Origin: Escherichia phage AV116
Sequence record: OR352946.1
Strand: one strand, 5' to 3'
Length of the DNA stretch: 64,000 nt
Positions 53,118-64,000 of the stretch are shown here, piece by piece. The notes beneath the pieces are model-generated. The model had not been told where the DNA came from. It made no database searches and saw only the letters and a program-made list of their open reading frames with translations. The position numbers and the translations under genes are program-made. How positions within the stretch are numbered: position 1 is the stretch's first letter; every line of letters begins with the position of its first letter.

Positions 53118-54035
53118 TCAGAATTCATTAATTACACTTGTTAATTTAGAAAGACCAGATTTTACAAAGTATGAATAAATCTTGCCTTTAGGTTGTGGTT
53201 TATATGAGTTATAATACTCTATAATGGTTGAAGCAATATTATCAGGGATATAATCAAAATCAATGAGAACCAAATTTTCTTGATACCGTTTATATTCTTC
53301 TGCACTTAATAATACTTCAGCTTGAGAACGGTCATTAGCAATTGCTTCAATAATCGTTGTTTTCATGCTCGGAGTTCGTTCACCATCAACTCTGGTAAAC
53401 CAGAAGTCACCACGAACTCGAACAGATGCAACGCCGTCTTTACGGTCACCTTTAAGAATTTTAGTCATGCAATCAATTTCAGCAGAACCGTTCTTAATTT
53501 TAACCCATTTTTTCTGTGGTGGCGACCACTGTTTAACGTTAGGATATTTGTGTAATTGTGTAAAGTCACCATCTGATGCAACAATACATACCTTATGACC
53601 GGCTAATGACAAATATTTAGTTAATACACCGATATGGTCATCCGCTTCATACTTGTCAATATCCATTACAACGTATGGCATGTATTTCTTAATCTCATCA
53701 ACAACTTGATGGAGTGCAGTAAAATATCCTTCCCAATCCCACTTTGAAGCTTCACGATCGGTTTTACGATTTTTCTTGTAATAGTAAGCAAAATCACGTC
53801 GCCAATAACCTGAAGTAGCATTATCCATACACAATACAAATTTTGTATAGCCTTGCTTACGGAACATCACTACGTTTTTACGAATTGAATTCAAGATTAC
53901 ATGGCGAACCATCGGAACAGTAATTTTATCGCCGTCTTCAAAGTTGTTTAATGCGGCTGCCAATGCAATGTTACTAAAGTCGGCAAGTGCAATACCTTCT
54001 TTGTAATCTTCATCCAACATCATTTCTAAATCCAT
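53118..54035 (-). CDS. rnh: RNase H / 5'-3' flap exonuclease
   Basis: 305 aa, T4 Rnh size; FEN-like acidic motifs. Confidence 0.9.
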   Translation of the reverse strand: MDLEMMLDEDYKEGIALADFSNIALAAALNNFEDGDKITVPMVRHVILNSIRKNVVMFRKQGYTKFVLCMDNATSGYWRRDFAYYYKKNRKTDREASKWDWEGYFTALHQVVDEIKKYMPYVVMDIDKYEADDHIGVLTKYLSLAGHKVCIVASDGDFTQLHKYPNVKQWSPPQKKWVKIKNGSAEIDCMTKILKGDRKDGVASVRVRGDFWFTRVDGERTPSMKTTIIEAIANDRSQAEVLLSAEEYKRYQENLVLIDFDYIPDNIASTIIEYYNSYKPQPKGKIYSYFVKSGLSKLTSVINEF

Positions 54036-54067
54036 ATGAACCTCTTGTTCAGTTAGTCAACTTGTCT

Positions 54068-54097
54068 ATAGTAACACACTCATTTGAAAGCGTAAAC
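54068..54097 (-). promoter_or_regulatory. early promoter GTTTAC-N18-TACTAT for rnh
   Basis: minus-strand -35/-10 pair 33 nt upstream of the rnh ATG. Confidence 0.55.
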
Positions 54098-54100
54098 TGG

Positions 54101-54108
54101 TATAAATA
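54101..54108 (+). promoter_or_regulatory. late promoter TATAAATA for gene 34
   Basis: TATAAATA 30 nt upstream of the gene 34 ATG, abutting the divergent rnh early promoter. Confidence 0.65.
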
Positions 54109-54138
54109 AGTATTATTGAAACAATAAAGGAAAAACGA

Positions 54139-57100
54139 ATGGCCGACATCAAACGTAAGTTCAGAGCCGAAGACGGTCTGGACGCCGGTGGCGACAAGAT
54201 TGTTAACGTAGCATTAGCCGACCGTACAGTAGGTACTGATGGCGTAAACGTTGACTTCCTGGTACAAGAAAACACCGTTCAAGTATATGATTCTACGCGT
54301 GGATATAACAAAGGATTTGTTGTTCTTTATGACAACCGTTTATATCAAGCAATAAATGATATCGTGTCTCCTTCCGGGGCATTTAACCTTTTACAATGGC
54401 GTGCAGTTCGTACCGATGCACAATGGATAACTGTCGCTTCTGGGACTTATCAACTTTCTTCGGGTGAATCGATTTCGGTTAACACTGGTGCCGGCAATGA
54501 TATGGTTTTCACGTTGCCAAATACTCCTGTTGATGGTGATACTGTTGTTTTGGCTGATATTGGTGGAAGAACCGGGACAGTTAAAGTACAGATTAACGCG
54601 TCTGTACAGAGTATTTTAAACTTTAGAGGTGAACAAGTTCGTACGGTTTTAATGACGCGTCCGCGTTCACAACTATTGTTTGTGTTTAGTAATCGTTTGT
54701 GGCAGATGTATATTACCGATTATGGTAAAGAATCAATCACTGTTACACCTGCGACACCATATCAAGCACAAGCAAATGATTTTATCGTTCGTCGTTTTAC
54801 TAGTGCAGCACCAATCAACATTACACTTCCACGTAATGCTAACAATGGTGATATAATCCACCTAGTTGATTTAGATAAATTAAACCCACTGTATCATACA
54901 ATTGTTAAAACATTTGATGATACAACGTCTATTGGTGAAGTCGGGACTCATATTGCCGAAGGCAGAAATGACTCTGACGCGTTTTTTGTTTTTGATGCTG
55001 CAAATAGTTTATGGCGTATATGGGAAGGCGACCAGAAATCGCGTCTTCGTATTATCCGTGCGGATTCAAATATTCGTCCAAATGAAGAAGTTCTTATTTT
55101 TGGCACAAATAACGCTACAACCGGAACTATTAATCTTACGCTGCCTTCCGGAATTTTGTGTGGTGACACTGTTAAAATTTCAATGAACTACATGCGTAAA
55201 GGACAAACAGTAAAAATTAAAGCTGCCGAAGGTGATACAATTGCTTCTTCTGTTGCATTGCTTCAGTTCCCTAAACGTTCTGAATATCCACCTGATGCTC
55301 AATGGGTCTCTGTTACTGAACTAGAATTCAATGGCACTACTTCATATGTTCCTGTATTAGAATTAGCGTATATCGAAGACACCGTTGCTGGTACACGTTA
55401 TTGGGTTGTTCAACAAAACGTCCCAACTGTAGAACGTGTTGATGCTGGAACTGATGCTACACGAGCTCGTTTAGGTGTTATTGCTCTTGCTACTCAAGCG
55501 CAAGCAAATGTTGATTTAGAGAATACTCCAGCTAAAGAAGTGGCTATTACTCCTGAAACGTTGGCAAATCGTACAGCAACTGAAGCTCGACGTGGTATCG
55601 CTAAAATTGCTACAACAGCACAAGTTAACCAGAATTCCACAGCATCATTTGTGGACGATACTATTGTTACGCCTAAAAAACTAAATGAGCGTACAGCAAC
55701 TGAAACTCGTCGCGGTCTTGCAGAAATTGCTACTCAGGCCGAAACCGATGCTGGTCTTGATGACACAACGATTATTACACCTAAGAAATTGCAGGCACGT
55801 CAGGGTTCTGAAACACTATCGGGTATAGTTAAATATGTATCAACTACTTCTGCTACTCCTGCTGAAACTCGTGGGGCTGCAGGCACTAACGTTTATAATA
55901 AAACCGTAAATAATTTAACTATTTCTCCTAAAGCCCTTGACCAATATAAAGCAACTTATGCTCAACAAGGTGCAGTAATTTTAGCTGTTGAAAGTGAAGT
56001 AATTGCTGGTCAATCCCAAGCAGGTTATTCTCACGCTGTAGTAACTCCTGAAACACTACATAAGAAAACTTCTACTGATGGACGTATTGGTTTAATTGAA
56101 ATTGCTACGCAAGCAGAAACTAATGCTGGGACTGATTATACACGTGCAGTAACGCCTAAGACGTTAAATGATAGGAAAGCTACGGAAGGATTATCCGGCA
56201 TAGCCGAACTTGCTACGCAAGTCGAATTTGATACTGGAACTGATGATACTCGTATCTCGACTCCACTGAAAATTAAAACTCATTTTGATTCTTCTGACCG
56301 TACCAGTGTTAATTCTGATTCCGGACTTATTGAAGAAGGAACCTTGTGGAACCATTATACTCTTGATATTTCTAAAGCAAATGAAACACAACGTGGTACA
56401 CTTCGCGTAGCGACCCAGGCAGAATCTAATGCAGGAACTTTAGATGATGTTCTTATTACTCCTAAAAAGCTTTTAGGGACTAAGTCCACTGAAACGTCTG
56501 AAGGCGTAATTAAGGTTGCTACTCAGGCTGAAACTGTAACAGGAACTTCTGCTAATACTGCTGTATCTCCTAAGAATTTAAAATGGATTGTCCAGAAAGA
56601 ACCAACATGGGCTGCTACTACAGCAATTCGCGGATTCGTTAAAACTTCATCCGGTTCTATTACATTCGTTGGTAATGATACAGTCGGTTCTACCCAAGAT
56701 TTAGAACTGTATGAGAAAAATAGCTATGCAGTATCACCATATGAATTAAACCGTGTATTGGCAAATTATTTGCCGTTAAAAGCAAAAGCCGTAGATAGTA
56801 ATTTATTGGATGGTCTAGATTCATCTCAGTTCATTCGTAGGGACATCGCCCAGTCAGTTAATGGTTCACTAACCTTAACCCAACAAACGAATCTGAGTGC
56901 CCCTCTTGTATCATCTAGTACTGCTACGTTTGGTGGTTCAGTTTCGGCAAATAGTACATTAACTATTTCTAACTCTGGAACAGCTACTCGTCTGATTTTT
57001 GAAAAAGGACCTCAGTCCGGAACTAACCCAACACAGACGATGACTATCAGAGTTTGGGGAAATGAATTTGGTGGTGGTTCAGATACAACACGTTCTACTG

Positions 57101-58014
57101 TATTTGAAGTCGGTGATGAAACATCTAATCACTTTTATTCTCAACGTAATAAAGCCGGGAATATAACGTTTAGTATCAATGGTACTGTGATGCCAATAAA
57201 TGTTAACGCTTCAGGCACGTTAAATGCGAATGGTGTAGCAACATTTGGTCGTTCAGTTACAGCCAATGGTGAATTCATTAGCAAGTCTGCAAATGCTTTT
57301 AGAGCAATAAACGGTGATTATGGATTCTTTATTCGTAATGATGCCTCTAATACCTATTTTTTGCTCACTGCAGCCGGTGATCAGACTGGTGGTTTTAATG
57401 GATTACGCCCATTATTAATTAATAATCAATCCGGACAGATTACAATTGGTGAAGGCTTAATCATCGCCAAAGGTGTTACTATAAATTCAGGCGGTTTGAC
57501 TGTTAACTCGAGAATTCGTTCTCAGGGTATTAAAACATCTGATTTATATACTCGTGCGCCAACATCTGATACTGTAGGATTCTGGTCAATCGATATTAAC
57601 GATTCAGCCACTTATAACCAGTTCCCGGGTTATTTTAAAATGGTTGAAAAAACTAATGAAGTGACTGGGCTTCCATACTTAGAACGTGGCGAAGAAGTTA
57701 AATCTCCTGGTACATTGACTCAGTTTGGTAATACACTTGATTCACTTTACCAAGATTGGATTACTTATCCAACAACTCCAGAAGCACGTACAACCCGTTG
57801 GACTCGTACATGGCAGAAAACTAAAAATTCTTGGTCAAGTTTTGTTCAGGTATTTGATGGTGGAAACCCTCCTCAACCTTCTGATATTGGTGCTTTACCT
57901 TCTGATAATGCAACAATCGGAAACTTGACAATAAGGGATTTCTTAAGGATTGGTAATGTCCGCATTATTCCAGACCCTGTGAATAAATCTGTTAAATTCG
58001 AGTGGATTGAATAA
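54139..58014 (+). CDS. 34: long tail fibre proximal subunit gp34
   Basis: 1291 aa, T4 gp34 size; repetitive T/A/G-rich fibrous sequence. Confidence 0.95.
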   Translation: MADIKRKFRAEDGLDAGGDKIVNVALADRTVGTDGVNVDFLVQENTVQVYDSTRGYNKGFVVLYDNRLYQAINDIVSPSGAFNLLQWRAVRTDAQWITVASGTYQLSSGESISVNTGAGNDMVFTLPNTPVDGDTVVLADIGGRTGTVKVQINASVQSILNFRGEQVRTVLMTRPRSQLLFVFSNRLWQMYITDYGKESITVTPATPYQAQANDFIVRRFTSAAPINITLPRNANNGDIIHLVDLDKLNPLYHTIVKTFDDTTSIGEVGTHIAEGRNDSDAFFVFDAANSLWRIWEGDQKSRLRIIRADSNIRPNEEVLIFGTNNATTGTINLTLPSGILCGDTVKISMNYMRKGQTVKIKAAEGDTIASSVALLQFPKRSEYPPDAQWVSVTELEFNGTTSYVPVLELAYIEDTVAGTRYWVVQQNVPTVERVDAGTDATRARLGVIALATQAQANVDLENTPAKEVAITPETLANRTATEARRGIAKIATTAQVNQNSTASFVDDTIVTPKKLNERTATETRRGLAEIATQAETDAGLDDTTIITPKKLQARQGSETLSGIVKYVSTTSATPAETRGAAGTNVYNKTVNNLTISPKALDQYKATYAQQGAVILAVESEVIAGQSQAGYSHAVVTPETLHKKTSTDGRIGLIEIATQAETNAGTDYTRAVTPKTLNDRKATEGLSGIAELATQVEFDTGTDDTRISTPLKIKTHFDSSDRTSVNSDSGLIEEGTLWNHYTLDISKANETQRGTLRVATQAESNAGTLDDVLITPKKLLGTKSTETSEGVIKVATQAETVTGTSANTAVSPKNLKWIVQKEPTWAATTAIRGFVKTSSGSITFVGNDTVGSTQDLELYEKNSYAVSPYELNRVLANYLPLKAKAVDSNLLDGLDSSQFIRRDIAQSVNGSLTLTQQTNLSAPLVSSSTATFGGSVSANSTLTISNSGTATRLIFEKGPQSGTNPTQTMTIRVWGNEFGGGSDTTRSTVFEVGDETSNHFYSQRNKAGNITFSINGTVMPINVNASGTLNANGVATFGRSVTANGEFISKSANAFRAINGDYGFFIRNDASNTYFLLTAAGDQTGGFNGLRPLLINNQSGQITIGEGLIIAKGVTINSGGLTVNSRIRSQGIKTSDLYTRAPTSDTVGFWSIDINDSATYNQFPGYFKMVEKTNEVTGLPYLERGEEVKSPGTLTQFGNTLDSLYQDWITYPTTPEARTTRWTRTWQKTKNSWSSFVQVFDGGNPPQPSDIGALPSDNATIGNLTIRDFLRIGNVRIIPDPVNKSVKFEWIE

Positions 58015-58022
58015 GAGGTATT

Positions 58023-59150
58023 ATGGAAAAATTTATGGCTAAGTTTGGACAAGGATACGTCCAAACGCCATTTTTATCGGAAAGCAATTCAGTACGGTTT
58101 AAATTAAGCATAGCGGGCTCTTGCCCGCTATCAACATCTCCTGCTTATATTAAGTTCCAGGATAATCCGCTTGGGTCCCAGGTTTTTTCCGTTGGATTAA
58201 ACGTTCGTGTAATAAATCCTACAACAGGTGCAGTAGTTGAATCTAAGTCATATAATTTCTCTACTGAAAACGACGCCACGTCAAGTGCATTTGTTACTTT
58301 CATGGACACATATGCTTCTAATTTTATATTTGCTCTTGTTACTAACGCTAAGACAAACTTTCCACCAGAAGTTCTCACATGGTTTACTAAAGCTGGGAGT
58401 TCTGTTATTCCATTAGCTCAACAAGTTTTAAATATAGTGGACATTTCTTATTCTGCATTTTATATTTCTGGTAAGAATGCTATAGCACTAGAACATATTA
58501 AGTATAGTAATAAGAAAACTTCAACCGACTATAGTACACCACTTGATGTTGTGTACGACACTATCGATGATATTGGTGCTACCGGCTTCCCTAGTCGTAC
58601 GTACGAATCGACAGACACATTTTTATCTGCCATTGGAGGTACTAATAATGAAATTAAAAGGATGCCTACAACATCCATTATTACACCTCTCGCTGGGTAT
58701 AAATTGAAGCCTGGAGATTTCCTTTATATGAAATTCCAACTAATGGCCGATGCTGATTTGTTAGCACAAGGGACGACACGACTCTCTATTCGTTTCTTTA
58801 AATCTCCTTCTACTTCACCTATTTCATTTAAGGATATAAACTTTGATGGGGCTGCAGGTGAATGGAAGATATATGAAGACTACATAGAAATTCCTGCTGG
58901 TGCTGACGGGTTCACGATTTATTGTTATCGTACAGCTCCAGTCGGGCAAGGTGGATTAAGAAACGTTATATTCACTGAAGTATCATGTAATGGAAGCGTT
59001 TCAAAACCTGCTGAGTTTGGTATAAATGGTATTCGTGTAAATTATGTTTCAGAATCTTTAAGTGCCCCAGACATAATGACATTACCTACTCAATCTTCAA
59101 CTGATACCGGTAAGGTATTTGGACAAGAATTTAAAGAAGCATCAGAATAA
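58023..59150 (+). CDS. 35: long tail fibre hinge protein gp35
   Basis: 375 aa, position between 34 and 36. Confidence 0.9.
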   Translation: MEKFMAKFGQGYVQTPFLSESNSVRFKLSIAGSCPLSTSPAYIKFQDNPLGSQVFSVGLNVRVINPTTGAVVESKSYNFSTENDATSSAFVTFMDTYASNFIFALVTNAKTNFPPEVLTWFTKAGSSVIPLAQQVLNIVDISYSAFYISGKNAIALEHIKYSNKKTSTDYSTPLDVVYDTIDDIGATGFPSRTYESTDTFLSAIGGTNNEIKRMPTTSIITPLAGYKLKPGDFLYMKFQLMADADLLAQGTTRLSIRFFKSPSTSPISFKDINFDGAAGEWKIYEDYIEIPAGADGFTIYCYRTAPVGQGGLRNVIFTEVSCNGSVSKPAEFGINGIRVNYVSESLSAPDIMTLPTQSSTDTGKVFGQEFKEASE

Positions 59151-59155
59151 ATTTA

Positions 59156-59180
59156 GGGAGACCGAAGTCTCCCATTTTTG
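59156..59180 (+). terminator. intrinsic terminator after gene 35
   Basis: GGGAGAC-CGAA-GTCTCCC followed by ATTTTTG. Confidence 0.7.
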
Positions 59181-59188
59181 TATAAATA
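59181..59188 (+). promoter_or_regulatory. late promoter TATAAATA for gene 36
   Basis: TATAAATA 24 nt upstream of the gene 36 ATG; RBS AAGGAG. Confidence 0.65.
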
Positions 59189-59212
59189 TGGTATACATAT
59201 AAGGAGACAACT

Positions 59213-59875
59213 ATGGCCGATTTAAAAGCTGGTAGTACAACTGGCGGTGCCGTTATATGGCATCAAGGTAATTTCCCTTTAATGCCAGCAGGTGATGACG
59301 TCCTGTATAAAACGTTTAAACTCTATTCAGAATATAATAAACCACAAGCTGCTGATAATGATTTCGTTTCTAAAGCTAATGGTGGTACTTACGCTGCAAC
59401 TGTTCGATTTAACGGAGGCGTACATGTTCCTACTGTAGGTAGTAGTCAACAGTGTGGTGTTTATCCAGGTAACGGTGATGCAGCTACTTTTGATATGGCA
59501 AATATTGACATCGTTTCGTGGAATGGTATTGGTTTTAAGTCATCACAAGGTTCAGCAGACCGAACTGTTGTTATTAACGCTCGTAATGGTGATATTAGTA
59601 CAAAAGGCGTTGTGACAGCAGTAGGTCAAGTAAGAAGCGATGCGACTTCTCCTATAGCAGCGAATGATCTCACAAGAAAAGATTATGTTGATGGACGAAT
59701 AAATATTGTTACGGATAACGCAAATTCCCGTGTATTGCGTAAAGGCGATACCATGACTGGTACTTTAACAGCACCAAACTTTTTCTCACAGAATCCGGCG
59801 TCTGAGGCTAATCATGTTCCTCGTTTCGACCAGATTGTAATTAAAGATTCTGTTCAAGATTTCGGCTATTATTAA
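59213..59875 (+). CDS. 36: long tail fibre distal connector gp36
   Basis: 220 aa, T4 gp36 size. Confidence 0.9.
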   Translation: MADLKAGSTTGGAVIWHQGNFPLMPAGDDVLYKTFKLYSEYNKPQAADNDFVSKANGGTYAATVRFNGGVHVPTVGSSQQCGVYPGNGDAATFDMANIDIVSWNGIGFKSSQGSADRTVVINARNGDISTKGVVTAVGQVRSDATSPIAANDLTRKDYVDGRINIVTDNANSRVLRKGDTMTGTLTAPNFFSQNPASEANHVPRFDQIVIKDSVQDFGYY

Positions 59876-59883
59876 GAGGACTT

Positions 59884-62800
59884 ATGGCTACTTTAAAACA
59901 AATACAATTTAAAAGAAGCAAAACCGCAGGTGCACGTCCTGCTGCTTCAGTATTAGCCGAAGGTGAATTGGCTATAAACTTAAAAGATAGAACACTTTTT
60001 ACTAAAGATGATTCAGGAAATATCATTGATTTAAGCATTTCTGCTGGTGGTAATATCAGTGGAAACGTGACTATTGATGGAACTTTACGCGTCAATGGAC
60101 CAATAAACAATTTTGGAAATTTTTCCACAAGTGGCCAGATTACCGCTGGTAGTAGTATTTCAGCTCAAGTTTTTAGAGCATTGCAAGGTTCGTTTTATTC
60201 AAGAGCTTCAACCGGTGAAACAGCAAATGCCCATTTATGGTTTGAAAATGCCGATGGCACTGAACGAGGCGTTATATATGCTCGTCCTCAAACTACAACT
60301 GATGGTGAAATACGTCTTAGAGTTAGACAAGGAACAGGAAGCACCGTTAATAGCGAATTCTATTTCCGTTCTATAAACGGCGGTGAATTTCAAGCCAACC
60401 GTATTTTAGCATCAGATTCGTTAGTAACTAAACGCATTGCAGCTGATACAGTTATCCACGGTGGCAAAGCCTTTGGTGTATATGATACAGATTCATTAGT
60501 TAATTATGTATATCCAGGCACCGGCGAAACGAATGGTGTAAACTATCTTCGTAAAGTGCGAGCTAAATCCGGTGGTACAATGTATCATGAAATTGTTACT
60601 GCACAAACAGACCAGGCTGATGAAGTTTCTTGGTGGACTGGTAATACACCATCATTTAAATTATATGGTATTCGTAATGACGGCCGAATGATCGTCCGCA
60701 ATAGCATAGCCATCGGGACCGTGACTGCAGGATACCCGTCAAGCGACTATGGTAATGGTGCCGCTTTAGGATTCGGTGTTTATTTAGCTCTAGGCGATAA
60801 CGGGACGGGGCTATCATACAAAAAAACCGGTGTTTATGATTTAGTTGGTTCAGGGAATTCTGTCGCATCTATTACTCCTGATAGTTTCCGTAGTACCCGT
60901 AAAGCGATTTTTGGTCGTTCCGAGGACCAAGGTACAACATGGATTATGCCTGGAACCAACGCCGCATTTTTATCAGTTCAAACACAGGCTGATGAAAATA
61001 CTGCTGGAGACGGCCAGACGCATATTGGATATAATTCTGGCGGGAAAATGTCCCACTATTTCCGCGGTAAAGGCCAAACCAACATTAATACACAAGAAGG
61101 TATGGAAGTTAACCCTGGTATTTTGAAATTGGTAACTGGTTCTAATAACGTACAGTTTTATGCCGACGGAACAGTATCTTCAATACAAAGAATTAAATTT
61201 GATAACGGATTAGTTCTTACTGGTGCTAGACCCGACGGTATTCAACTTGACGCTCCTACAACAACAGATGGCACTAAAACTATACTGTGGGCCGGTGGTA
61301 CTCGCGAAGGTCAGAATAAAAATTATGTATCTATCAAAGCATGGGGTAATGCCTTTAACGCATCTGGTGATCGTTCCCGTGAAACAGTTTTTGAGGTAGG
61401 TGATGGCCAAGGTTATTATTTTTATGCGCAGCGTGTAGCTCCTGCAACAGGTTCGACTATCGGGTCAATTCAACTCCGTATTGGAGGCGCTTTATTAACT
61501 TCTGGTGGTATTACATCGTCTGGTTCTATTGTTACAGAATCTAGCCTGGTTGCAAATAACGGAATGTCTGTAAACGGCCAGGCTAAATTTGGCGGAACAG
61601 CAAATGCATTGAGAATTTGGAACGCCGAATATGGCGCTATTTTCCGTCGTTCAGAAACAGCATTGCACATTATTCCTACTCTTAAAGACCAAGGAGAAAA
61701 TGGTGAAATAGGTAATCTTCGTCCATTGAGCATCTCACTTCATAACGGTATGGTTCAAATGCGTCATTCTGTCACGTTAGGCGATGATGGTGCCGGCGGT
61801 AATATGATTACTGTAGACAACGATAACAAACTTGTTGTTGTTACTAGTAATAGTCGAATTTCTCCTAATTTCAGAATGCAGATAGGTCGGTCGGCATACA
61901 TTGATGCAGAATGTACTGATAGAGTACGGCCGGCTGGAGCGGGTTCTTTTGCTTCCCAAAATAATGAAAATGTACGTGCGCCGTTCTATATGAATATTGA
62001 TAGAACTGATATTAGTACATATGTTCCTATTTTTAAACAACGTTATGTTCAAGGAAATAGCTGTTATTCTTTAGGAACTCTAATTAATGGTGGTAACTTT
62101 AGAGTTCATTATCATGAAGGTGGTGATAATGATTCGACGGGCCCTTTAATTAAGAACTTCGCGTGGGAATTCAATAGAACAGGCGATTTTATTTCCCCTG
62201 GTAAATTGGGAGCTGGTACAGTTCGTATTGGTACTGATGGTAATATCACCGGTGGTTCTGGCAACTTTGCTAACTTGAATACCACAATAAATAACCTTAA
62301 GACGGATATTGTCTCAAGTTATCCTATTGGTGCTCCGATTCCTTGGCCTACTGATACACCTCCTGAAGGTTATGCCATCATGGAAGGTCAAACATTTGAT
62401 AAGTCTGCATACCCAAAATTGGCTATGGCTTACCCATCCGGCGTAATTCCTGATATGCGTGGTCAAACTATCAAGGGTAAACCATCTGGGCGTGCTGTAT
62501 TAAGTACAGAAGCAGATGGTGTTAAGTCACATAGCCATAGTGCAAGTGCATCAAGCACAGATTTGGGTACTAAAAACACATCAAGTTTTGATTATGGTAC
62601 TAAAACCTCTTCAAGCTTTGATTATGGTACGAAGACCAGTAATACCACTGGTGCTCATACGCATAGTTTGAGCGGTTCCACAAACACCACCGGTGCGCAT
62701 ACCCACTCAATGCAATTTGTTTCAGGTGGAACCAGCGGTACTCCAGGAAGTGGATCACCTGACTATTCTAAATACAATGCCAACACTTCTTCTGCGGGCG

Positions 62801-63015
62801 CTCATTCGCACTCTATATCTGGTACTGCTGCAAGCGCAGGCGCTCACGCACATACTGTCGGTATTGGTGCCCATACACATACTGTAGGTATAGGTGCTCA
62901 CACTCATACTGTAGCGATTGGTTCTCACGGACATACTATCACTGTAAATAATACAGGTAATACAGAAAACACGGTTAAAAACATTGCTTTTAACTATATC
63001 GTTCGTTTAGCATAA
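59884..63015 (+). CDS. 37: long tail fibre distal subunit / receptor-binding protein gp37
   Basis: 1043 aa; C-terminal His-x-His repeats and conserved C-terminus ...[15 protein letters not shown] as in T4 gp37. Confidence 0.95.
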   Translation: MATLKQIQFKRSKTAGARPAASVLAEGELAINLKDRTLFTKDDSGNIIDLSISAGGNISGNVTIDGTLRVNGPINNFGNFSTSGQITAGSSISAQVFRALQGSFYSRASTGETANAHLWFENADGTERGVIYARPQTTTDGEIRLRVRQGTGSTVNSEFYFRSINGGEFQANRILASDSLVTKRIAADTVIHGGKAFGVYDTDSLVNYVYPGTGETNGVNYLRKVRAKSGGTMYHEIVTAQTDQADEVSWWTGNTPSFKLYGIRNDGRMIVRNSIAIGTVTAGYPSSDYGNGAALGFGVYLALGDNGTGLSYKKTGVYDLVGSGNSVASITPDSFRSTRKAIFGRSEDQGTTWIMPGTNAAFLSVQTQADENTAGDGQTHIGYNSGGKMSHYFRGKGQTNINTQEGMEVNPGILKLVTGSNNVQFYADGTVSSIQRIKFDNGLVLTGARPDGIQLDAPTTTDGTKTILWAGGTREGQNKNYVSIKAWGNAFNASGDRSRETVFEVGDGQGYYFYAQRVAPATGSTIGSIQLRIGGALLTSGGITSSGSIVTESSLVANNGMSVNGQAKFGGTANALRIWNAEYGAIFRRSETALHIIPTLKDQGENGEIGNLRPLSISLHNGMVQMRHSVTLGDDGAGGNMITVDNDNKLVVVTSNSRISPNFRMQIGRSAYIDAECTDRVRPAGAGSFASQNNENVRAPFYMNIDRTDISTYVPIFKQRYVQGNSCYSLGTLINGGNFRVHYHEGGDNDSTGPLIKNFAWEFNRTGDFISPGKLGAGTVRIGTDGNITGGSGNFANLNTTINNLKTDIVSSYPIGAPIPWPTDTPPEGYAIMEGQTFDKSAYPKLAMAYPSGVIPDMRGQTIKGKPSGRAVLSTEADGVKSHSHSASASSTDLGTKNTSSFDYGTKTSSSFDYGTKTSNTTGAHTHSLSGSTNTTGAHTHSMQFVSGGTSGTPGSGSPDYSKYNANTSSAGAHSHSISGTAASAGAHAHTVGIGAHTHTVGIGAHTHTVAIGSHGHTITVNNTGNTENTVKNIAFNYIVRLA
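62842..62940 (+). repeat. tandem 27-nt repeats encoding AH(A/T)HTV(G/A)IG in the gp37 tip
   Basis: three consecutive 27-nt units (62842-62868, 62869-62895, 62896-62922) plus a partial fourth; encode HxH motifs. Confidence 0.8.
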
Positions 63016-63045
63016 GGAGAAGGGACTTCGGTCCCTTTTTATAAT
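63014..63045 (+). promoter_or_regulatory. split ribosome-binding site of gene 38 / terminator hairpin after gene 37
   Basis: SD AAGGAG (63014-63019), hairpin GGGAC-TTCG-GTCCC (63022-63035), T5, then ATG 63046; SD is 26 nt from ATG linearly, about 12 nt if the hairpin folds. Confidence 0.6.
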
Positions 63046-63597
63046 ATGAAACTCTATCATTATTATTTTGACACTAAAGAATTTTACAAAGAAGAAAATT
63101 ATAAACCATTAAAAGGCGTAGGATTTCCGGCTCATTCAACACCAAAAAAACCTTTAGACCCTAAAGAAGGTTACGCTGTTGTATTTGACGAACGTGAACA
63201 AGAATGGGTATATATTGAAGACCATCGTGGAAAAACAGTATGGACTTATGATAAGCAAAAAATTGTTATTGACACTCCAGGTGCTCTTCAAAATGTTACT
63301 ACAGAAGAACCTGGTGAATTTGACATTTGGACCGACGACGGGTGGAAGGAAGATGAAGCGTATAAGCGGGTAGTTCAACGTGATAAGAAAATTCATGAAC
63401 TCTATAAATTATTCAGTGTTTTAAGTTCTCTTATTGATGCAGAGGTTGCTAATAGAGAAGAAAAACGAAAATTTAAAGAGCTCAAAAAATTCTTTGCCCT
63501 TTTAGAAAAACATGAACATCTTGGTGGTGAATTCCCTAAATTCCCTGACCTTGAAAACAAATCTATTTTCAAAGCGATTATAAATATCTTTAAGTAA
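63046..63597 (+). CDS. 38: tail fibre assembly chaperone gp38 (T4-type)
   Basis: 183 aa MKLYHYYFDTKEFYKEENYKP..., T4-type gp38 chaperone rather than the T2-type adhesin. Confidence 0.85.
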   Translation: MKLYHYYFDTKEFYKEENYKPLKGVGFPAHSTPKKPLDPKEGYAVVFDEREQEWVYIEDHRGKTVWTYDKQKIVIDTPGALQNVTTEEPGEFDIWTDDGWKEDEAYKRVVQRDKKIHELYKLFSVLSSLIDAEVANREEKRKFKELKKFFALLEKHEHLGGEFPKFPDLENKSIFKAIINIFK

Positions 63598-63606
63598 GGA
63601 GGTATT

Positions 63607-64000
63607 ATGGCAACACCAAAAGTATCATTTTCACTTAGTGATATTCTATTTGGGTTGCTAGATCGTATTTTCAAAGATAACGCTACTGGAAAGGTTTTAA
63701 TGTCCCGAGTAGCGGTAATTATTCTTTTGTTCCTAATGGCACTAATATGGTACAAAGGAAGTATTTTGCTGGATTATTATGTAAGAGCTAAGTATGATAC
63801 TTATACCGAAATAATCCAAAAAGAACGAGCTTTACGTTTTGAATCTGCGGCTCTAGAACAACTGCAAATAGTTCATATCTCATCTGGTGCAGATTTTAGT
63901 GCTGTGTATTCTTTCAGACCTAAAAACTTAAATTATTTTGTCGACCTTATAGCTTATGAAGGCAAACTACCTAGCACAATTTCTGAAAAGTCCCTTGGCG
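63607..64000 (+). CDS. t: holin T (3'-truncated by window end)
   Basis: ATG at 63607 with AAGGAGG SD; N-terminus MATPKVSFSLSDILFGLLDRIFKDNATGKV with a single TM segment, like T4 holin T. Confidence 0.85.
   Translation, partial: MATPKVSFSLSDILFGLLDRIFKDNATGKVLMSRVAVIILLFLMALIWYKGSILLDYYVRAKYDTYTEIIQKERALRFESAALEQLQIVHISSGADFSAVYSFRPKNLNYFVDLIAYEGKLPSTISEKSLG

Noticed and set aside
62842-62940. Possible CRISPR-like or mobile repeat array
   Set aside because: The repeats are in frame within gp37 and encode His-x-His motifs; no spacers or cas context

Overview
This window reads as a contiguous segment of a T4-like (Tequatrovirus-type) myovirus genome running from gene 16 (terminase small subunit) to the start of holin t. 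All calls are from reading the sequence and the ORF track against my recollection of T4 proteins; no database search or alignment was run. The backbone is the standard T4 order: packaging and head genes (16, 17, 18, 19, 20, 67, 68, 21, 22, 23, 24) on the + strand, then rnlB/hoc/inh, uvsW/uvsY, baseplate genes (25, 26, 51, 27, 28, 29, 48, 54), a long minus-strand early block (alt, DNA ligase 30, the 30.x ORFs, rIII, 31, cd, pseT, alc, rnlA, denA, nrdB, nrdA, td, frd, 32, 59, 33, dsbA, rnh), and the long tail fibre genes 34-38. Two group I introns are present: td (1016 nt, intact I-TevI) and nrdB (about 592 nt, with only a short zinc-finger ORF). The ORF track uses GTG/TTG starts, so several N-termini were corrected (uvsY, I-TevI, dsbA and small ORFs). 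Regulatory grammar is dense: TATAAATA late promoters, a minus-strand GTTTAC-N17/18-TACTAT early-promoter family, a reused GGGAGAC-loop-GTCTCCC terminator hairpin, split ribosome-binding sites for genes 25 and 38, and the gene 32 leader. The most unusual content relative to the T4 backbone is a complete class I DAHP synthase (aroG-like) translationally coupled to cd. Other candidates are a NADAR/YbiA-like ORF beside a HAD-like hydrolase in the ligase-proximal block, a Seg-like GIY-YIG endonuclease split at an A6 run between genes 33 and 59, a free-standing HNH endonuclease between td and nrdA, and several small uncharacterised ORFs including a lipoprotein/membrane pair. No CRISPR array, tRNA or integrase was found.
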